Positions 60,284 through 64,000 of a stretch of 64,000 bases of DNA are shown here, in pieces (positions within the stretch are counted from its first letter, which is position 1; the number at the start of each line of letters is the position of its first letter). Origin of the DNA: an uncultured candidate division Zixibacteria bacterium (lineage in GTDB: Bacteria; Zixibacteria; MSB-5A5; GN15; PGXB01); contig OY969724.1 in the NCBI GenBank assembly GCA_963702205.1, positions 3,456,001 to 3,520,000 on the forward strand, in the 5' to 3' direction. The position numbers were made by a program, and so were the translations under genes. Below the pieces are notes generated by a model that worked only from the letters and a program-made list of their open reading frames with translations, had not been told where the DNA came from and did not search any database.

Positions 60284-62401
60284 ATGAGCGAAAAAAAAAC
60301 TATCTTTGAATATCTGAGCTATCTCGCGATCGCGGTTTCCGTCATACTAATCCTGTTCGGCGTCGACATTTTCAAAAACTCCTGGGGCCTGTCCGGCCTG
60401 CACTATCTGCCGTCATACGTGCTGTACGTATGGGTCGGTTTGATCGTACTAAGCCTGATTCCGTTAGTCCTGAAAAAATCCATCTGGCCGTTTTCGATTC
60501 TGGAAAAACATCTTTGGCGCCCGGAATATTCCAAAATTCAATGGACCTGGCTGGGCTTGATAATCGTAATTTTCTGGCTCCTTCGCATACAGGGACATTT
60601 CTGGGGTAATGGATATATCAACCTCGGTAATTTCGCCAGGCACGATGTGACGATATTTCGTTGGTACGAGTACGGCGGAACATTGGTCCCCTGGTTCATA
60701 TACAAATTTTTCGTACTTATCGGAATTTCCAAAATGGCGGCGGCATTATGGGGCTATCGACTGATTTCCTCTGCTTCAGGAGCCGTCTATATAATTTGCG
60801 CCCATCGGCTGGCCCGGCTGCTTTCCGATGACGATCGCACAAGAACCGGTTTTCTGTGGTTAGTCGTGTTTGGCGGGCAATTGTTGTTCTTCATGGGCAT
60901 GCTGGAAAATTATACTCTGCTTCCGGCGATATTCATGGTGCAAACGGTGCTGACGGTGAAAAGGCATATTTCCGGTTCGACCAACGACCTCTTGAAATTA
61001 TGGCTGGTGACGACGATAGGCGTCTTCGCGGATTTCATGTTTATTTGTACGTTACCGGCCGTGATGTACTCCACGTTTAGCCCCGGCCGCAAAGACCAGC
61101 CTCGTCCGGGAAAAATCGGTCTGATTACGGGATTACTTACAATCGTGATCGGCCTGGTTTTGGTTTACTGGAAATCATCGACCGATATTTTCGTAGAAAG
61201 CCGCCTTTTGCACGTCTCGGTTAACCCGGCCACGCCTTATTACAGCCTGATCGGCATGAAAAACCTGTCCGAAAAATTGAACGCCATATTTTTCATAGTT
61301 CCTCTTGTCCCCTTGTTCGGCCTGGCAATCGTGATGAGTCTTAAAAAGTTCTCACAGTTCAGACAAACCACTTATTTTATTCTTGTTACGTTAAGCCAAT
61401 TGCTGGTGATATTTATCGCCAATCCCTATAACGGTACAGCTCGTGAAATTCCATTTTACGGCTTTTTAAGCCTCGGTCTGGTACTTTGGGGAAGCTATGC
61501 CCTGGTCAGTGCAGGGGCTTATATTAAAATCGGTCTGGCCGGACGATTACCCCTGATAGCGCTGGTGATGGCGGTGCCGGTCATCTGGTTGTGGCACGCA
61601 CCCGAATCCGGAGTCGCATTTCTGAAAAATTATTTTGAACACAACCAAACCAAGTATGAGCCGGCGCTGGGGGCTTTCAGGGATTATTATTTCGTCCGGG
61701 GTAATTATGCCCGGGCCAACGAAGAAGAGCAATCCATCCGGGGCAGCGCGCCCGGACGGCTGGAATCCGATCTGATTTCCGACCTTTATTATCATGAACG
61801 TTACACCGATGCTCTTGAATACGCGGACCGGCTTGTTGAAAGATACCCGTATCAGGGCAAGTACCGTATCCAGCGCGGCAATATTCTGGAATATTTTAAA
61901 AGGTTCACCGAAGCCGAAAACGAATTCAAGACGGCCATTAAACTGAATCCCGACGACATGACCGCTTACCATTTCTTATCCGAGCTGTACCGACAAAACA
62001 AGCTGGAACATAAATGCATCGAAGTGCTCGATCGAGCCCAGGCAATCGCACCGGGTGACAGCCTGATAGTTATCGACCTGATCGGATATTATTATCGAAT
62101 GCGCGATTTCCGCAAAACCGACAGTTTGACCGACATGATTTTGAAAGAGCACCCGGGAGAACCGTACGGTCATATGTACAAAGGACTGTTGCTGGAGCAA
62201 ACCAAACAACCGGACCGGGCGGTCGATCAATACCTGGCTTTCATCTGGCTGAATAAGGACCTGCCCGAGGTTGAGATAATCCGGAAGCGGCTCGAAAAAA
62301 TGGCGCCTCAAAGACTCGATTCGCTCGACGTCGCGATCAAGGGAAAATATTACAAAGTTGGAGGCACTGCGCCTGCCGTTCCCGCCACTCCTACTCAATA
62401 A
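60284..62401 (+). CDS. Polytopic membrane protein with C-terminal TPR repeats (possible GT-C fold)
   Basis: About 12 hydrophobic segments; GMLENY; TPR-like AENEFKTAIKLNP, AQAIAP. Confidence 0.7.
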   Translation: MSEKKTIFEYLSYLAIAVSVILILFGVDIFKNSWGLSGLHYLPSYVLYVWVGLIVLSLIPLVLKKSIWPFSILEKHLWRPEYSKIQWTWLGLIIVIFWLLRIQGHFWGNGYINLGNFARHDVTIFRWYEYGGTLVPWFIYKFFVLIGISKMAAALWGYRLISSASGAVYIICAHRLARLLSDDDRTRTGFLWLVVFGGQLLFFMGMLENYTLLPAIFMVQTVLTVKRHISGSTNDLLKLWLVTTIGVFADFMFICTLPAVMYSTFSPGRKDQPRPGKIGLITGLLTIVIGLVLVYWKSSTDIFVESRLLHVSVNPATPYYSLIGMKNLSEKLNAIFFIVPLVPLFGLAIVMSLKKFSQFRQTTYFILVTLSQLLVIFIANPYNGTAREIPFYGFLSLGLVLWGSYALVSAGAYIKIGLAGRLPLIALVMAVPVIWLWHAPESGVAFLKNYFEHNQTKYEPALGAFRDYYFVRGNYARANEEEQSIRGSAPGRLESDLISDLYYHERYTDALEYADRLVERYPYQGKYRIQRGNILEYFKRFTEAENEFKTAIKLNPDDMTAYHFLSELYRQNKLEHKCIEVLDRAQAIAPGDSLIVIDLIGYYYRMRDFRKTDSLTDMILKEHPGEPYGHMYKGLLLEQTKQPDRAVDQYLAFIWLNKDLPEVEIIRKRLEKMAPQRLDSLDVAIKGKYYKVGGTAPAVPATPTQ

Positions 62402-63980
62402 ATATGGCATCGCCCATGTCGGGCGGATGATCCCCCAGGATATTTTTGTCGAAATAAGCCGTTACGGTATTTTTGGAAGAATCATAATAGTCGTCACTGG
62501 GATCGAAACTCGTCACATATTTCGCCACCAGTCTGTTGATGGCATAGTCGTAAACCCCGATTTCGTTTTTGTCAAAACGCAATCCGTAGCGATACCCGTC
62601 GTACAATTCCGTATCTTTGAACTGATCGGCCATCAACTGGGAAGAAACGCCTACCAACCGAGGGTCTTTGCCAAAGACTATTCCGATATCGAACAATTTA
62701 TTGTCACTGCCGGTGTAAGTCACTTGAATCCATTTATCCGATGATGTGATCTTAACTCCGTTTTTGTCGATCAGGACCTTATCCGTTTTGACCTTTCCCG
62801 GGAATATGTCGCCCCCGTGTCGATTACTCTCCGAGGCGAATTTGACCACGCCGGAATCGATATCATTCCAGTCGGCGTCGAAAGCCTTGGCCAGTATACC
62901 TTCAATAATGCGTCCCTTCAAAGAATCATCGGGAATGTCCAGGGCGGATAATTGCGTAAAGCAATTCAAATAATTATCCAGGCCGAATCTGTATATCAGA
63001 TAATTGGTCAGGCATGCCTGAGCCGGTAGAGCGATATCTGTCGTGTTGTTGTCGGCATTGATATTAGTGAGTAGCAGGGTATCGAGGTCAATCAGATTAT
63101 ACTTCATGATGTACTCGCCGAAATCGAGGAGAACGTCCGGGGATCGCTGCCACCCCCCGCCGAGGTACGCCCTCAAACCTGAACGCATAAAATTATCCGA
63201 AAAGAAAGGCAGCTTCTGTAATTTAAAATTAACCAATTGATCGGCCACCGGTGAGGTATTGGTCAGATATGTACTGAAGACCGCGTCGGCGTCTTTTCGA
63301 TACGCGCCGTCGGACTGAATCCCCGCCAGCTTCACGATATCTGCAGGCGAACGGCAGAGATAGAAATGAATCTTTTTATCGGCCAGCAAGGCCAGTTGAT
63401 TGTCATCGAGATTCAGCGCCCCGGCCATGCTTTCCACCATATGGTCCATCGCGGCCGCAGCTACGTCATTATAAGTCTTCTGTTTATCAGGATTTATATG
63501 GTATATGAAATATTTCGTTTCTTTGGTCGGCCAGTCCGAGGCATATATATCGTGTGGATAGGCCAGCCAAAAATAACCGCCGGTTCGCACGATATAATAC
63601 ATATAACTGGCCTTATCGAGATTCGGAGCGTCCAGCCTGAATCGAAAGCGCAGAGTGGTATCGTTTATTTCGGCCTGGCTGTCGATTCCCGAAGGAACTC
63701 CCGCGGCATATTCCTCCACATGATACACTGCCGGAGACAGACAATCCGGCTTGAAGCCAATACCGTCATATTCAATCCCCAGCCGGTCAGCCTCTTTAAT
63801 GGACGCCGGCAGCCATAAACCCGCGGCGGATTCATAATTGCTGGACGAAATCAGGTCCAGGTAATAACCGATGGTTTCCCTGGCCACGTTGATGTAGGGG
63901 TTTTTGGCCAAAACCGGGGCTGCCACGAGCCAGCCCGCAAAACAAATCGTAAAAATAACCCGGACTATTTTATTAATCAT
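62391..63980 (-). CDS. Secreted hypothetical protein
   Basis: Signal peptide; 529-aa ORF with GGAG SD; converges on and overlaps the previous gene by 11 nt. Confidence 0.75.
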   Translation of the reverse strand: MINKIVRVIFTICFAGWLVAAPVLAKNPYINVARETIGYYLDLISSSNYESAAGLWLPASIKEADRLGIEYDGIGFKPDCLSPAVYHVEEYAAGVPSGIDSQAEINDTTLRFRFRLDAPNLDKASYMYYIVRTGGYFWLAYPHDIYASDWPTKETKYFIYHINPDKQKTYNDVAAAAMDHMVESMAGALNLDDNQLALLADKKIHFYLCRSPADIVKLAGIQSDGAYRKDADAVFSTYLTNTSPVADQLVNFKLQKLPFFSDNFMRSGLRAYLGGGWQRSPDVLLDFGEYIMKYNLIDLDTLLLTNINADNNTTDIALPAQACLTNYLIYRFGLDNYLNCFTQLSALDIPDDSLKGRIIEGILAKAFDADWNDIDSGVVKFASESNRHGGDIFPGKVKTDKVLIDKNGVKITSSDKWIQVTYTGSDNKLFDIGIVFGKDPRLVGVSSQLMADQFKDTELYDGYRYGLRFDKNEIGVYDYAINRLVAKYVTSFDPSDDYYDSSKNTVTAYFDKNILGDHPPDMGDAIFIE

Positions 63981-64000
63981 AATTTCTCCCGTGAATAGAA

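Overview
A GC-moderate bacterial chromosomal segment rich in secreted proteins. The many Cys-bracketed dockerins, FlgD/T9SS-like C-terminal domain and GT-C+TPR proteins suggest an FCB-group lineage such as Zixibacteria; this is inference only. Left third: SGNH-like protein, EamA transporter, tricorn-like S41 peptidase, an FG-GAP sensor kinase with a sigma54 regulator, dockerin-tagged carboxypeptidase T and lysyl endopeptidase, a REP-rich spacer, and a heterodimeric ABC exporter with an unannotated 28-aa leader peptide and attenuator. Middle: more dockerin proteins (7 in total, none a cellulase), a Ser/Thr kinase operon, and an IS110 (IS621-type) element. The IS110 bridge RNA guides, CT core, junction promoter and split REP target can all be read from the sequence. 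Right: queG, frameshifted DUF899, NhaP, VanY-like peptidase, tandem lepB, rseP, dxr, tandem cyclophilins, an AT-rich SIR2 + 1054-aa partner island (candidate anti-phage system), a signal-peptide S74 tail-fibre-like protein with a dockerin partner, tRNA-Ala(CGC), a large Alu-type SRP RNA and dnaX-ybaB-recR. Best candidates for undescribed biology: (1) a twice-occurring 'YQGRL fibre + Gly/Ser adaptor' gene pair with interchangeable anchors, (2) a non-cellulolytic dockerin/cohesin-like surface complex, (3) the SIR2 two-gene island. The IS110 bridge system belongs to a known class but here shows its own REP target specificity. No database searches were run; family calls come from recognised motifs.
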